Origin: Diadema antillarum
Taxonomy: Eukaryota
NCBI RefSeq assembly: GCF_040938485.1
Contig: NW_027271017.1
Coordinates: forward strand, 6,076,001-6,140,000
DNA length: 64,000 bases
Reading direction: 5' to 3'
The notes under the pieces are model-generated. The model did not search any database. It was not told where the DNA came from and saw only the letters and a program-made list of their open reading frames with translations. Shown here one piece after another: positions 38,078-51,686 of this stretch (its first letter is position 1; each line of letters begins with the position of its first letter). The position numbers were made by a program, and so were the translations under genes.

Positions 38078-38332
38078 CTTTGTTTCTTTGAGCCTTCTAA
38101 TCTATCTCCTCGTCCAGTATTTTGTACGTGACACACACTACCTTTCTCTCTCAGCTCTCGTCCAACTCTCGATCGACTCGGCATAAGATTTATTTACCTG
38201 CTACAAGTCATCAAGATTCGGAGTTCTTGATCTGAGCTTCCTTTTCGCTTTCCTATGGGCCTAGGGACTAATGAGCATGGCCATGGTGGAGAGTTGAGTG
38301 TGCGATGCCTATGCGATTGTGCTGTCTCTAAT

Positions 38333-38384
38333 CACATGATCCCGTTTTACAACAAACCACGTGCCCTCCCACCAGTCATGTGAC
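38333..38384. promoter_or_regulatory. CLEAR/M-box cluster upstream of CTSA
   Basis: ATCACATGAT, CACGTG and GTCATGTGAC within ~50 bp, about 260-310 bp upstream of the ATG of a lysosomal enzyme gene. Confidence 0.6.
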
Positions 38385-41300
38385 ACTATACAAACGATAA
38401 CAATGGAACGGCTTGAAGAGCGGGTCTTTCGTCGGAGATTTATGGATATTCCTTCCACAATAGCATATCAGAAATTCAGCTGAGGCGAACCTACGTATGC
38501 ACATAACTGAAAGATCTGGACAAAGAACTAGAGTAATCACGATATAATGTAGTGCATGTTCAACATCAAAAATGTGGCTCGTTCTTGCTAATGGCTGCGG
38601 ATGCTAGGTACCGGTAGATGCTAGTACAATGTACCGGTAATTCATTTTCATCTCTCCCCTTGACAGAAATCGCGTTCGCCGTGTACGTATCAGACCCGTT
38701 CTTCTGAGATGGGGTCTTCCTTCCAATATAGCACGTATCAAGCGATCCTTTTATTCTTGTAATCTTACTTTTGCTCAGAGTCGCTTTTATTTGTAAGTTA
38801 CTGCGTAATGTAATCTGAATGCAGTGCAATAATTACATGCAATACAATAATCAAACACGTCTGTCATGCAAAAAAGGTACAGTACGTATATGGAGTTTCA
38901 AAGTTATGACATAAAATCAAAGAATCAGCTGCTCACATGTCGAAACATGTCTATCGTGATCACAAGTGCTTACTTTTTTTGTTATTTTGATTCCTATACG
39001 GCGAGTATTATTTATTTGCAAATATTTATGCCTTTGATTTAAAACTTAGAAGGTAAAAAAATATAAATTAAATAAGAAAAATTCCACATCAAGTGCAAAT
39101 TACTGCTTGCGAAGATTTCAAAATGGGATCTCANNNNNNNNNNNNNNNNNNNNNNNNNNNNNNNNNNNNNNNNNNNNNNNNNNNNNNNNNNNNNNNNNNN
39201 NNNNNNNNNNNNNNNNNNNNNNNNNNNNNNNNNNNNNNNNNNNNNNNNNNNNNNNNNNNNNNNNNNNNNNNNNNNTTTTTGTGGTTTTTGGTTGACTATG
39301 ATTTGGCGACTACAGCAGTCCTACCTATTGCTTAACTCCTTCTGAAAGTCATAATTGCTATGTGACGACCGTTTTATATTTTGTGCAGTATCTGACACAT
39401 TTATGAGTATACAAGTCATTCTTTTTGAAATCATTAAGTATGCACATTCGTTTGATTATTAGTTCAAAGAATATTTTGTTTGTGTGTAATTAGGATACTG
39501 CCGAAGCAATGAAATCACCGAATTACTCACATTGGGTTTGCATAATCAGTGGTTGCAACAGAGAACAGATCAGTGAAAACATTGTGAAACTGAAACTGAA
39601 AAACACAGAAACTCATTAGTAACTAAAAAGTAGAATAAATGGGTTATAAAGATAGCTTCAAAATAGCTCTGCTACAAAACAAAGACGATTCAGGCGATTT
39701 GAAGTTGGGTTTATTATCCCTTTTTATCATCAAAACGAAAACGCATTCCAAACCTTCCCTCAGATATTTCAGATTAACATCTTTCATTGTTTTGCCAACC
39801 CATTGCAGGAGTTGTCACGTTTAAATCCATTTATAACTTAGCCATACAAATCATATACATGTAATAAAATCTGATCGAACTCCCAAATGACTTAAAAAAA
39901 ACTGGACGTTTACTATATAGTAGCTCCATAAATGTGAATGTGTTTACAATATCAATTTTAGCTCATCCATTAGGACGGGATGGCTCAAATTTCAATACTT
40001 TATTGATGCTAACGATGTATAATAATCACATGTATATTCATCTCTCTCTCCCTCTCTCTCTTCTCTGTATGTATGAGTGTGTGTGTGTGTGTGTGTGTGT
40101 GTCGTCCGTTCCCGAATGCCTTTGTCATACACTATTAATGTTTTAGTTTTGTAGGTGGCATAATAGGTACCTATAGTGCAGAGTTCACGTTTTAAGAGAT
40201 CGCATTTTCAAGAGACAAAAAAGCCACAACTCGGCTTCGATACAAGTTTACAGGTGTATGGGAAACTAAAAAAAAAATAATAATGGTGATTGCAAAGGTC
40301 AAGCAAATTTGGATAAATAAGATCATATGATTGAGATACATATTTTCATCGGTCGTTGAACTCGTTTACTGACCTGTATCACTGCAAAGATGCATTGAAA
40401 GCTTAACACAATAACTTGTTGTAATCCTATAATTCATATCTTGGTGACGATGCATAATGATTGTGCAAACAAAATTGGTGCCTCTGCAAATTGCAAATGG
40501 GTATTCAACTACTCTGGACATCGTGACCTTTGAAATCATATACGAATGATTATCTTCGATATCTAGTAAAACTCTGCCGACCGATTCATAACGTCAACTT
40601 ATCAAATCTAACACTATACGATATAGAAACAACTTTAGAAAGACAGAAGGGTGCAACGCAACCATACAATTTTTAATCGTTTTACAGTGGTCAAAATGTA
40701 AGGCACAATGATGATTGCATATATGTATAATGCATATGTTTTTGTGTTAGTGTATGCTAGTTTGTTNNNNNNNNNNNNNNNNNNNNNNNNNNNNNNNNNN
40801 NNNNNNNNNNNNNNNNNNNNNNNNNNNNNNNNNNNNNNNNNNNNNNNNNNNNNNNNNNNNNNNNNNNNNNNNNNNNNNNNNNNNNNNNNNNNNNTATACA
40901 GATATACTTTATACATATAATATATTAGAACTGTTCAGATACCAAATCAATGGCCAAAAGAGAAACGGCGACACCACGTTAGGAGTTACCAAAACTTTGC
41001 TGAATCCCATGTATATGTATATATATGGGATTCTATAGGATAGTTAAGTTCATAATTGATTGTTGTGTAGGCGACTAGATACACCCCGTTATTGCCATCT
41101 ATAGGGTCTTGTATACAACCTCACCCTCCCTTATACTTAAAAATACATTAATCGTATTGACACACTTGGTGTTTGGTTAGTTTGACTAGTTAGTAATACA
41201 GTATGATAGCTGTACTAAAATATTGCATCCTGACGTTCTTATGGGGTTACTGGATGATAATTATCCTCGTTTCGCCATTGTTTTATATGAATATCACCAT

Positions 41301-41728
41301 AGGGAAGGAGGAGATGGTAAGAAATGGCTGAACAAAGGTATCTGTAGTCAAATATACGATGAAGTTTATTCGAGGCACGATCCTATTCAGTTTTTGGGAA
41401 TAACAAAAGAGTTGTACAGGAGGGTTTTGCATAAGAGTCCCGCGAAACTTTCAATATCGAGGGATCACGCCCCAGCTCGTTAACCTGTATATACACTACA
41501 TTATAGAAACGGATACAATTTAGACAAGTTCTTAAAAACACAATGCATAACGAAAATCAAGCGATATTTGTGCAAATACACGGTGAAGCTAATGTGAGGT
41601 ATGCAGGGTGCCTCTGTTTCAACGAACATGGAAATAACAAAATATCGTTACAACGAATAAATATTCAGGTCCAAAAATTATTCAGATTCATGAAATTCTT
41701 TTGTCAAAATATTGTCATTGCAACTGAT

Positions 41729-42092
41729 TGACGATTTGCTCTATATCGACGTAAATAAGCACTGAATTGATCAGTGTTTTTAGTAGGAGCCGTGATAAAA
41801 AAGAAATTATGGGAGTACGTACTCTTGCAGAATTCGAACCTACGACCTCCTGATCTCCGGACAGGCGTCGTCTCCACTAGAACATCGAGCTTCCGCTATG
41901 AAGACATCAAGTGCAGCGTGTACTGCGTGATTATTCAAATTCCTCTTCCGTCAAGATATTGTCCGGAGGTCAAGAGGTCGTAGATTAGAATCTTGCTCGA
42001 GTACGTATGCCTATGAGTAAATCTTTTATCATGGTTACTGCTAAAAACACTGATCAATTCTGTGCATATTTACGTCGATATAGGGCAATTCG
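41729..42092. mobile_element. Head-to-head inverted pair of tRNA-derived SINE-like units
   Basis: Minus copy has B-box GGTTCGAATTC (41830-41840) and an A-box-like segment; the plus copy mirrors ~120 bp with a degenerate B-box. Confidence 0.6.
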
Positions 42093-42700
42093 CCAATCCC
42101 CAAATTATCATTAAAGTCTGTTGTTAAATCCCTTCGATTTTAAAGAATTTTGCTAAAACGAAAGAAAACTGCGGGTCTCGAGGCTTCGTCACAACGGGAG
42201 TCGGCTATCGGCCCATCCAGTTAACATCGCTAAGTAGAATCAAAAGGAACCGCAGAAACGGCTCAAGTGAGTTTCGACTTGAAAAATCAGCATGTGTTTT
42301 CAGCCATCATGGGATAAAAGTTTTCTTCGACTTAACTAATTTTTGACTTGTGCGAGGTCGACGGTTATTATGCGCATCAATGCGAATAGACATAAACATG
42401 CATGAGTTTGATCAGAGGATGCCCACTGGAGAAAGCTCCTCAACAGATTCCCTTGCTTGCACGAAATTGAGTGATATCTTTATTGTTTCCCCTTCGTCGT
42501 CATTGTTTCGGCAATTAACCCATAACTCTTCCAAAGTTACAGGTGTTTTTTTTTTTTCTTCAGAAAAAACGTTGCATCGCAGTTAATGCATAGAAACAGC
42601 CATGATTTAAAATAGTTGTATCAAAGACATATTTTATCATTTTCATTCTTATTCCATATCCTGAGGTAACCGAGACACTACACTGGGCACGTAGAGATGT

Positions 42701-43552
42701 TTACTTGTCTTTGCGTGTTTTTCGCTCTACACCAGACGGGGCTTGATGTGTTTGACTGAAGTATGTCTTGTAGAAGAAATCGATGAACAGTAGACAGACG
42801 CTCCCGTAACCAAACGAACCTACAACAACTGCGAACAGGTCCAGGTTGCAAGGGGCCCCTCCCTTAAAGAATATCCAAGCAGCATAAAACTGCACGTACG
42901 TTCCTATGATCAGCTGGATGATTTGAATGGTGGTGAGCACCATGGCAAGACGTTTGGGGACCCGAACTCCCAGTATACGGAGGAGGTAGTACGAGTACAT
43001 GAGGGAATGTACATACACGTTCATCAACGCCGATATAAAGAGGGTCGGGTTGCTGAAGGCAAACGTGTGAAAGCCTACGAGAAAGGTTAGCATGTGGTGG
43101 AAGTAGTGCAGGAAGATGAGCTTGGCTTTTCGTAGAACGATGAAGATGGTGTCGCCATACTCTGCCACCTTGCTGAGCGCGAAGAGGAACAACCAGAACG
43201 CGGAGTGGCCTCCGCGCGCGTAGAAGTCTGGACCGCAGACGAGGGAATGCCAGGCGTTTTGGCGCGACACTAACTCGTACGTGGCGATGGACAATCTCCA
43301 TGCCGAAACCATGCTGAATACCGCGAGGGAGGCGTTCCAGACGAGTAGTGGTTGCCTGAGCTGGTATTTCTCACGGGTCTGCATAAGTCTCTCTCCGCCG
43401 AAAATGAAGACGAGGTAGAGAAAGGTGCAGGCGACCCACATGGTCTTCCCGTAACGGCCCATCCAATGTTGCCATGGCAACGGATCAAATTGCCTCTCAA
43501 TTTCCCATGTTACTGTGAAAAGTGTAGTCCATGTTGAGTTCGTTGCCGTCAT
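42701..43552 (-). CDS. ELOVL6: Very-long-chain fatty acid elongase, ELOVL3/6 subfamily, 283 aa, single coding exon
   Basis: SKVAEYGDTIFIVLRK, LHYFHH, MNVYVHSLMYSYY and TTIQIIQ motifs; multi-pass hydrophobic profile; acceptor at 43567/43566; family secure, orthology to ELOVL6 not tested. Confidence 0.92.
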   Translation of the reverse strand: MTATNSTWTTLFTVTWEIERQFDPLPWQHWMGRYGKTMWVACTFLYLVFIFGGERLMQTREKYQLRQPLLVWNASLAVFSMVSAWRLSIATYELVSRQNAWHSLVCGPDFYARGGHSAFWLFLFALSKVAEYGDTIFIVLRKAKLIFLHYFHHMLTFLVGFHTFAFSNPTLFISALMNVYVHSLMYSYYLLRILGVRVPKRLAMVLTTIQIIQLIIGTYVQFYAAWIFFKGGAPCNLDLFAVVVGSFGYGSVCLLFIDFFYKTYFSQTHQAPSGVERKTRKDK

Positions 43553-44031
43553 TGCTTGCCAGATATCTGATTAAGAGAGTCATGGTTAACAAAACGATAG
43601 TTACATTATTGAGGTTAATGTTTGGATAATATTGTTAGTGTAGATTATTTTGTATACATGTGTGTTGCTTATGTGTGTCATTAAATGTAAGATGTCAGGT
43701 CGTTAAGATATTGCATATTGATGTTTATATTGTGAAAGAAATATTTTTTTTCTAGATGTACATGTACTAGAATTGTAAATACCGAACGGGATACAAGGAA
43801 TTGTTAAGCAATAAACTTTCATTCATCGCTTCTGTGATAAGTGTTCACTGGTTGTAAGAGCGCCATAAGTACTTATACCAGAGAGATAACGTAATGTATT
43901 ATATTGTATTACAAAGTTCCGCAGTTTCAAGCTTCAGTTGGAGTGTAATCATTACATGACGTATACTGTAAGCATTATTGATTAACATCAAATATTAATC
44001 AAGACGGGAAATCAGAGCGTTTACATTTACG

Positions 44032-44044
44032 GTTGCCATGGAAC
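44032..44044. promoter_or_regulatory. X-box-like motif upstream of the ELOVL coding exon
   Basis: GTTGCCATGGAAC; motif match only. Confidence 0.3.
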
Positions 44045-44182
44045 CCGTCAAAAAGAATTCACAGGTCCACATTCAAACTCTACTAGGGTTTGATTACAAA
44101 TAGGCCATTCGAGTGCAAGCATTTTTTTTTTATGCGATCATGGGCCTAATGTATATACACATGAACATTAATCGCTCGTTGA

Positions 44183-44743
44183 TATAAGTTTTCCCGGTTA
44201 ATGTCATACTTTTGTCATTGAAGTTCCTATTCTGAGCATTCAATTTCTCGCATTCCACGTTTACTGAATCAGCAATCAAATTAAAAATCCGGTCATTCGA
44301 ATTCACTTTATAGGAGCATTCATTTCAGCAATGAGCATTCAAATTCGTGAATAGGCAACCATGTTTCAAATAACGGTATTCAATATAAAAAGAGGTCCTG
44401 AATTTAGTCAATTTGGAGCCGTGTATGCGTGTCTTTTTCATTTAGCTTCACCCCTCTGCTTATACCCATTGCTTTCAACTGCACATAATACGAATTTGAA
44501 TGACCGACGAGATTTCGTCAACAGCTTGACATGAATGCGAATGTTCATTGCTGAAATGCGTGCTCCTTTCTCAAAGTTGAATTCTCCGATAGTGAATTTG
44601 ATAGTGAATTTCAATGACTGCATGGATTTTGAATTTGATTGCTGATTCACAGTGCTGCGAGCGTGGAATGCATAAAATTGAATGCTCGGAGTAGGAACTT
44701 GAATGACAAAAGTTAAGTATGAAATTGACAGGGAAAACCTATA
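44183..44743. mobile_element. Foldback/MITE with ~130-bp imperfect arms
   Basis: TTTTGTCATTGAAGTTCCTATTCTGAGCATTCAATTT..GAATCAGCAATCAAAT mirrored at 44600-44743. Confidence 0.75.
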
Positions 44744-47094
44744 CTAATCGTGCACCTGTTTCTGTCAAAGGTGTCACAACAGCATTTAAAACAAGCTTTC
44801 CTACTCTGATCATCATCACCGCCGACAGTCAGCCTGGATAAAACAAGATGACACTTTGAAAAAAAAATCTAAAAACTATACATGATGCGCAGGAGGTAAT
44901 AACTCTCTTCAAGAAAATCAAGAAAACATGTTATTATGTGCAGTTGAAAGCAATGGGTATAAGCAGAGGGGTGAAGCTTGAGGTGTGAAAATTCTTCTTC
45001 TACAAATTAGATTTGTAAGATCGCAACTGTCGGAAAAAGCAACCACGGGACAGATGACAGTTATAGCTTCCAATTTTGTACTACAATGTAAATACACCAA
45101 ATATATGATTTCGTTTTCCCGGGCCCTTCCCATTAACACCATCATAATGGGGAAATGAAGGGGGAGGGTATAGGAGGGAAGTGCACAACCAATGTACGTG
45201 TATATAGGCTCGCCCTATTATGTAGTAGGCCTATTATTCAGTAGGCCTATTGTGCAATGTGTAGTACAATGTATAAATGGGGACATACATTGTACTAGTA
45301 TCCGTACAGACTCGCCTGCTATGAACGAGTTCAGGGTAGCGACAATTCGCACGGCACGCTGTGAACTTGGTAAAGATCGCACACTGCAGATGCCGCAGTG
45401 TGGAGATACGTAATCGTATGTGCATCATAATTGAGCTGTTGAGGGTCACAAACTCAGTTTGGTTGTTATAAAACTACAGTACTACCGTCAGTCTAGAAAT
45501 ATGAGAAGCTGCCTTATAAACTGAAAACATACACTGTATTCCAGCCCGTTTTTTTTTTAATTTTTTTAATACGGGTACAGTGACTATACTAAATACAGTA
45601 TAAAGTACCTCTGGTCTGGAATCTAAATCCTACTGTTGCCACTTGCCAGTTTCTATTCATGAGTGGAGCTGGTGTCGTGAATTGAACTGACATTTAACAC
45701 CAAACAATAGATCATTAACCTGTAGTGCGGATATACTCGGATGCTTACATTACCTGCTAATTGTAGATTCCTGAAACTCCTTCACTTGGTCAGGGCGTTG
45801 GCACACAACTCCTGTAAAGGGGTCGCCCTTTTACGACTGTACACTGTACACGTATTTACTAAGTGTATTACGGTTGTTCACCGTTCGCGCGATCGGCACA
45901 CTGCATTGACAATGTTTACTTAGGTATGTAAGACCAAGGAGGTATGAAATACAATTGTGCCTCCTTGATAACCACCTCCATGTACTGAAGCTTTGAAGTG
46001 GCATTATCTTCGTTATCAGTGGTTATGCGAGTTTGCGTATTCATTCGTGTCTTGGACCTGGCGGGAGATTATTTTTTTCTTCAGATGGCTAGAACGGGAG
46101 TAAGGATTTTATCGTGAACAGGGGACGCGGAGCGTTTTTGTTTTGTTTTGTTTTGTTTTCAAAGGGGGGGGGGGGGGCTGTTGGTCATGTCCGTTAAAAT
46201 GTATAATGGTTTATTTTAGCGGCCGTAGCGTAGTACATGTATGCCCCTAATTCTAGATTACCTACCCCTTACTCTAACAGAGCTAATAGGACCATAAATA
46301 CAGTTGAGTCCTTGAAGTATTCAATTAAAAGCTATCGTGACATATAAAAGCCATTCTGACATGTGTTCACTCTGTGGAATGCAACAATATTACATGTACG
46401 TGAACAGCAATTATGACATCATAAAGCAATTTACATCGCGCGTTATTTTCGAACGCTACGATCACTGATCCTTACGCAACGCTGGCATACCCACCACTAC
46501 AGTACTAGTATTTGCCTCCATGGACTATTTTCCCCTTTTATCCCAAATGTAAAGCAAGAGTACTCTGCCCACGTTCGACCTTGAGTGCCTCGATCGATGC
46601 CTCAATAAAAAAAAAGGATAAAAATGATATTTTGGAATCACCTCTGCCACAAACATTCAAGGCAAAGCAGATCGATCTATATGAGTTCTCAATTTGTATA
46701 CAGTTTGTATTAGTATCGTGTTTGTTTGTTTTATTTCCGCATAATAAAAATCAACATATTCCATACAGTTAGAAGAATGTTTTACATAAAGGTCAAGAAA
46801 AAAAAAAACATACGGAAAGTAGCCCATTACCAGTAGTGGCAATGATTGTCACTTCTGGTCTTCAACGCGGGCCCTGTTTATAAGAATTTCACGGAATCAG
46901 GGGCTGATAATAGAATAAGAATATACTTGTAACACAATCACACATAGAACGGTACAGTGTTATTGCAACATTGTGATTACATAAAAATGTACCATGATTA
47001 CATAATTGTTCATAGGTTTGGAGCATATAAAAAGATCAGGTGGAAGGGATTTAGAACTTAAAAACGGCAAAAGAGGAAAGTTGACGTAAATCAT

Positions 47095-47800
47095 CAGGCA
47101 TTTTAATTATTATAAGCTGCTGCAGCTCTGTATGAGAATGATCTCTTACAATTTGTTTGAGGCTATAGTGACTGTAGATCGTTTTGATTACGGAGAGAGT
47201 ATGGTGATGTCTTGTACATGTACTTCAATATTATTTCTGTCATATATTTGGGGCCATGTCATTTATAATCTTATACATGAATAACAGCAGATGATTTTTT
47301 TGTGTGTGTCTTTTATTTACTGTATTCCACCCCAAACTACAATGAACATCACTGGTAGTAATATGAGAATAACAGTTAACTTTCTAAATTGATCTCCCGG
47401 CTCTATTTCACATCTTCTGGAGTTGAGAAAGACAGTTACGGTTGACGGACTGTCATATACTACATCGCCGTAATCAAAATGAGGTAACACAAAGAATATT
47501 ATCAATTCAGTCATATCAACAAATTATCTTAAGCGCCCCATGCATGTTACCAAATCATTTTACTTAACTTGTACATAGCTGTTCGATCTGAACATCACGG
47601 TTACTTATCATCTGCAATAATTCCCAGATAGTTAAAACTTTTCAACGGAAATACAGTGTAATTGCTTTCCCTGAATTTAACATTCAAATGCTGTTGCCTT
47701 CTTAGCATATTATTTTGTACCAAATAACATACAAACAGTTTTATCAAAATTAATGTTTAAATTGTTGTCAGCCATCCATGTTTCCATACCAATGAACTCT
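47095..47800 (-). mobile_element. Decayed L2/Crack-group LINE ORF2 3' fragment
   Basis: WMADNNLNINFDKTVCMLFGT, FNYLGII, VLPHFDYGDVVY, LQKM*NRAGR, FMYKIINDMAP and RSFSYRAA..YN motifs with stops. Confidence 0.85.
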
Positions 47801-47985
47801 TTGCAAAACATTTTCCACAACTTTCGGGTTTCACGTGAGTATTAAACGACCGTGTCATCGGCGTATAAATGGGTCCTGCAGTCAGAAAAAACCCCGAATT
47901 GATATTATTGATAAATAATCATACTAAACAACTACGGTCCTAGCTACGATCCTTGCGACACTTCTCTGGTTAGTGATCTTTCTTC

Positions 47986-48376
47986 AGAGAGTATGGGTAC
48001 AGTACTGGTTGAGGTGGGGATTCATGTTTTGAACATTCCTAATGAGATTAAACCTCTTATGAAATATGAAAGAAATGATTCAACGTTTGTTTGATGAAAA
48101 TTAATTTTCAATTGGCTGAGATATCCAAAAAAGTGATGATAATAAAAGGCGACAGGCCACGCCTGTTATTAGAATCTCTTTGTTTCACCTTGTTTTTGGA
48201 TATCTCAGCCATTGCAAAACCGCTTTTCATCAAATAAACTTTTGATACAACGTAACCCCTTAGAATTGCGTGCTCTCTGGCATCTCATAGAGTGGTTTCT
48301 GAATATACTGTACAAATTGTATCTTGCAAAACGTTAAAGGCTAAATCCTCGCCTCGACCAGAACTGTACACACTCT
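47986..48376. mobile_element. Kolobok-like MITE, copy 2
   Basis: Shares AACCTCTTATGAAATATGAAA and GGATATCTCAGCCA with 33667-34065; ends ACTGTACACACTCT|TTAA. Confidence 0.7.
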
Positions 48377-48937
48377 TTAAAGTCCTTATTCTCCGGTTTG
48401 AATGATACAACTCTGCACCAGTGACACCCATCTTTTCAAGTTTGGAAGAAAAAAAAAGATAAGGTGATCAACCATGCATGTCGAAGGCTTTTTGCAAATC
48501 GACAAAAAAAATGGCGCCAACGTATCAGTACAGCGGACGGCGCCTTCTAGCAAAACGAAAAAAAAAAAGTGCGAGCGGACGTGCCAGTCGACCGTTGCCG
48601 TAGCAAGTGCAGTTGAGTGCTAAACTGTCTGTGCTTGGGACGGAACCCTGCCTTGTTTCGGCTAAGCTGGAGTGCAATCTTACATAATCGAGTAAATCAT
48701 GTAGGCCCTACATGTAATTGCTTTTGAAGAACTCTTTCCCGGTATACCTTTAGAGGCACAGGACACTAAAGCAATGGGTAGCCCTATATAATTATTGTAA
48801 TCCAACTATCTTCCCATGTAGAGAGCCCTGACAGTGCCCGTCCCGTCTCCTCCTCCCCACTCTCTCTCTCTCTCTCTTACGTACTCGAGATAGTAAATAA
48901 ACCCGAGTTCAAACATCAATATAGAGTATTCTCAGAA

Positions 48938-48973
48938 TTCTTTCTGGATAGATTTGGGGCTCTGAAAAGAGCC
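48938..48973 (-). terminator. Histone H3 3' stem-loop and HDE
   Basis: GGCTCTTTTCAGAGCC (48973-48958) followed by CCAGAAAGAAT. Confidence 0.95.
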
Positions 48974-49001
48974 TTTAGGGTTTGGATTGGAGCCAAACAA
49001 T

Positions 49002-50497
<1,496 letters not shown>

Positions 50498-50535
50498 ACA
50501 GCCAACTGTCTGTAAACAGACACACCATATTCACC

Positions 50536-50570
50536 GGCTCTTTTTAGAGCCACCATATATTCAAGAAAGA
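50536..50570 (+). terminator. Histone H4 3' stem-loop and HDE
   Basis: GGCTCTTTTTAGAGCC then CAAGAAAGA (50562-50570). Confidence 0.95.
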
Positions 50571-50869
50571 ATCTGAAGGATACGACTCACTTTTTCATTT
50601 AGAATTTTAAACATTTAATCAGAACTTGGTGGATATCTAGGCTATATAGCTACTAATTTAAACATTATTTAATTAAAACCCCATCATTCTTATCATCCCA
50701 ACTCAAACATTCTAACACGACTGGAGGTTGTGTTTGTTTTTGCGTGTGTGTGTGTGTGGGGGGGGGGATGTTGATTTAGAATTCACAAAATTGTGAGCAT
50801 AAAAAACGTAACTGAACGAAAACAGTCAAGACAAAACATAACACTATACAGTCATTTATGTTTTTGATG

Positions 50870-51320
50870 TCACACAATTGCTATGTGACATCACAACTAA
50901 ATCTAATGCTTCGTACGGTCACTGAGAAACAAGCAATTGTGACATCACGAAGTTTGAAATCGCACGCTGCTTCGGAAGATCATTACCGTACTTTGTGATC
51001 AGTGCAATCAGGAAATGTAATGTATAACCAAGGAGGTGTACCCTTGGTATAACCAAGGAGGTATCGCCTAGTACAAATAATGTACCTCCTTGGTATAACG
51101 AAGCAATTGTGACATCACAAAGTCATTCTGACATCGCGCGCTGCCATGCCATGCTTCTTGAAATGTAACAATCAATTTCTAACAAAGCAATTGTGACATC
51201 ACAAAGCAGTTCTGACATCGCGCACTGCTTTGTAGGTACATTTGTATGATTTCTAAAAAATCAATTGTGACGTCACAATGCAATTTTGAAATCGGGCGCT
51301 GCTTCGTACGGTCACTGTGG
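50870..51320. repeat. Degenerate tandem repeat with AAGCAATTGTGACATCAC core
   Basis: Five GTGAC(A/G)TCAC cores, most followed by ATCGCRCRCTGC. Confidence 0.75.
51022..51099. mobile_element. Two tandem CAAGG-ended mini-hairpins separated and flanked by GTATAAC
   Basis: GTATAAC-[18 bp, 51029-51046]-GTATAAC-[39 bp, 51054-51092]-GTATAAC. Confidence 0.7.
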
Positions 51321-51661
51321 GATTCCTCCGCAACATCGCATCCACCTCACGACTTCTCACCTCATCCCCGCCCCCAGCCTGTTATCCAAGATGTAAAATA
51401 AAACAAAATATACATGTACATGTACTCAGTATCTACATAATGATTATTGTACTCCGCATAATTTCGAGTTTCAAGTAAAAACAATGGGTCTCTTTTAACC
51501 AGAAGCTCTCAAGGTAATGTGTATTTGTTTATAATTAATTCTTGGTGTAAAATTAGAAAGTCTTCTAGATTCTAGTCTTCTCCACTTCTTCATGCGGTAC
51601 CTCGACAACCACGCGATCACAGGGCGCAGGATGTTCACCACCTACGTTGAGAGGAGTGGAG

Positions 51662-51686
51662 CAGGGAGGTGGCTTCCACCTCCCTG
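51662..51686. mobile_element. 25-bp perfect hairpin with 7-bp TSD
   Basis: AGTGGAG-[CAGGGAGGTGG CTT CCACCTCCCTG]-AGTGGAG. Confidence 0.75.

Noticed and set aside
41223-41483. 86-aa ORF next to a gap
   Set aside because: No recognisable motif or splice context
41815-41900. Functional tRNA gene
   Set aside because: B-box present but no convincing cloverleaf or acceptor stem, and it is part of an inverted repeat
45935-45967. CAAGG hairpin as a TSD-flanked footprint (also 62714-62733)
   Set aside because: Flanking 7-mers do not match; kept only as degenerate family members
47317-47514. 65-aa ORF as a host gene
   Set aside because: A fragment of the decayed LINE ORF2
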